Shown here: positions 33,234 to 34,234 of the stretch, piece by piece
Layout: the number at the start of each line of letters is the position of its first letter
How positions within the stretch are numbered: the first letter of the stretch is position 1
Source of the DNA: Octopus bimaculoides
Taxonomy: Eukaryota
DNA: 34,234 nucleotides
NCBI RefSeq assembly: GCF_001194135.2
Contig: NC_068983.1
Span: 52,082,581-52,116,814 of the forward strand
Reading direction: 5' to 3'
Made by a program: the position numbers and the translations under genes
Notes under the pieces: model-generated
Database searches by the model: none
Told to the model about the DNA's origin: nothing
The model's input: the letters and a program-made list of their open reading frames with translations, nothing else

Positions 33234-33371
33234 TATAAGGATTTACTTTTCGTAATGAGATAAAATAACCAAGGCTGTGTATAATATAGAACGTTTATAA
33301 ATTTTAAAATGTATTATATTATACACAGCCCTGTTTTGTTTTTATCTCATTATGAAAAGTCAATCCTTATA
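33234..33371. repeat. Palindrome/hairpin (arms 33234-33288 / 33315-33371)
   Basis: TATAAGGATT.ACTTTTC.TAATGAGATAAAA..GGCTGTGTATAATATA and its reverse complement. Confidence 0.92.
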
Positions 33372-33512
33372 TTCACACACTGATACATGACCTACGTTGG
33401 GCCGCTTATTCGCATAACGACCGCAGTTGGAGCTTAACTGTGGTCTATCCATGGCACTTAATCAGCATTACCTGAAACCTTTGGGTCTAATTGACACCAT
33501 TATCGCTTATAA

Positions 33513-33548
<36 letters not shown>

Positions 33549-33671
33549 ACATATATACATATATAGATCCATGAATACATACATACCTACATACATACAT
33601 AAGTAGAAGTAGAGAGCTTCTTAAACTGCTGTAAAAGGAGCGAACTCTAAGCAAGGAGCGAGGAGTTTTAC

Positions 33672-33930
33672 CTTGACCTTGTCGGTCATTCGTAAAGTTT
33701 TGAGCAACGGGAAAGCCACAGATTCAGCAGGGTCTCCGCCGAGGAAGTTGGTGCTAAACGCCGTTCTGCAACCTGTGTTCCCTCCACAAAGGAACAGATA
33801 ACGTTGAGAGATCAGGGGGGACGGATTTGGGGTCGAGGCAACCGATCTGGGGATCGAGCCACGAAGTGGAGGCAATGGTCTGCTTCTCACCCATTCGTGA
33901 TAGACCGTATACATGATCGCCGAAATATGG
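33672..33930 (-). CDS. Candidate coding exon, product unrecognised (HISAIMYTVYHEWVRSRPLPPL..NFLGGDP..MTDKVK, 86 codons)
   Basis: GC-rich, non-repetitive island in AT-rich DNA. It lies within an open frame of 109 codons, bounded by AACAG| (weak pyrimidine tract) and AAG|GTAAAA. No family recognised; could be TE-derived. Confidence 0.35.
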
Positions 33931-34024
33931 CTGTTAATTAATTTTACCACGTTGTATTTTACTCAGTCCTTACTCGTTTTAATTTTTTATCACATTTACT
34001 CAAGTATTCTACAAGCTTCGTCTT

Positions 34025-34139
34025 ATAAGCACACATATATACGTATGTATATATATGTTTATGTACACATAAATATGTGTGTGTATATATATATAATTAT
34101 ATATACACACACACACATATATATATATACACACACATT

Positions 34140-34183
<44 letters not shown>

Positions 34184-34199
34184 CCATCCATCTCTCTCT

Positions 34200-34234
<35 letters not shown>
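34025..34234. repeat. Compound (TA)/(CA)/(CT) microsatellite
   Basis: Visible repeats to the end of the window. Confidence 0.9.

Overview
AT-rich, microsatellite-dense eukaryotic draft sequence with four N-gaps. The SINE families and repeat load resemble a coleoid cephalopod (Octopus); this is recognition from memory, not a database result. No host gene could be identified, apart from one unassigned exon-like frame at 33672-33930 on the minus strand. The window is mostly transposon relics: about ten tRNA-derived SINEs, two Penelope-like element (PLE) 3' fragments with GIY-YIG endonuclease remnants, a mariner 3' end, an internally deleted DD37D (maT) element, a MITE, an RTE LINE tail and an ORF1/gag-like relic. 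The main signal, invisible in the ORF track, is six type I hammerhead ribozyme motifs from about five unrelated sequence families: 1093-1128 (cut by a gap), 16856-16928 (-), 17239-17281, 17770-17807 (-), 27540-27586 and 27745-27782. One family carries a non-canonical CUGUNGA core. One motif follows a PLE ORF plus a tRNA-like Pol III head. One sits in a ~180-bp non-coding multi-hairpin unit. Three unrelated long palindromes each abut a (TA)n tract. All folds were done by eye; activity is untested.
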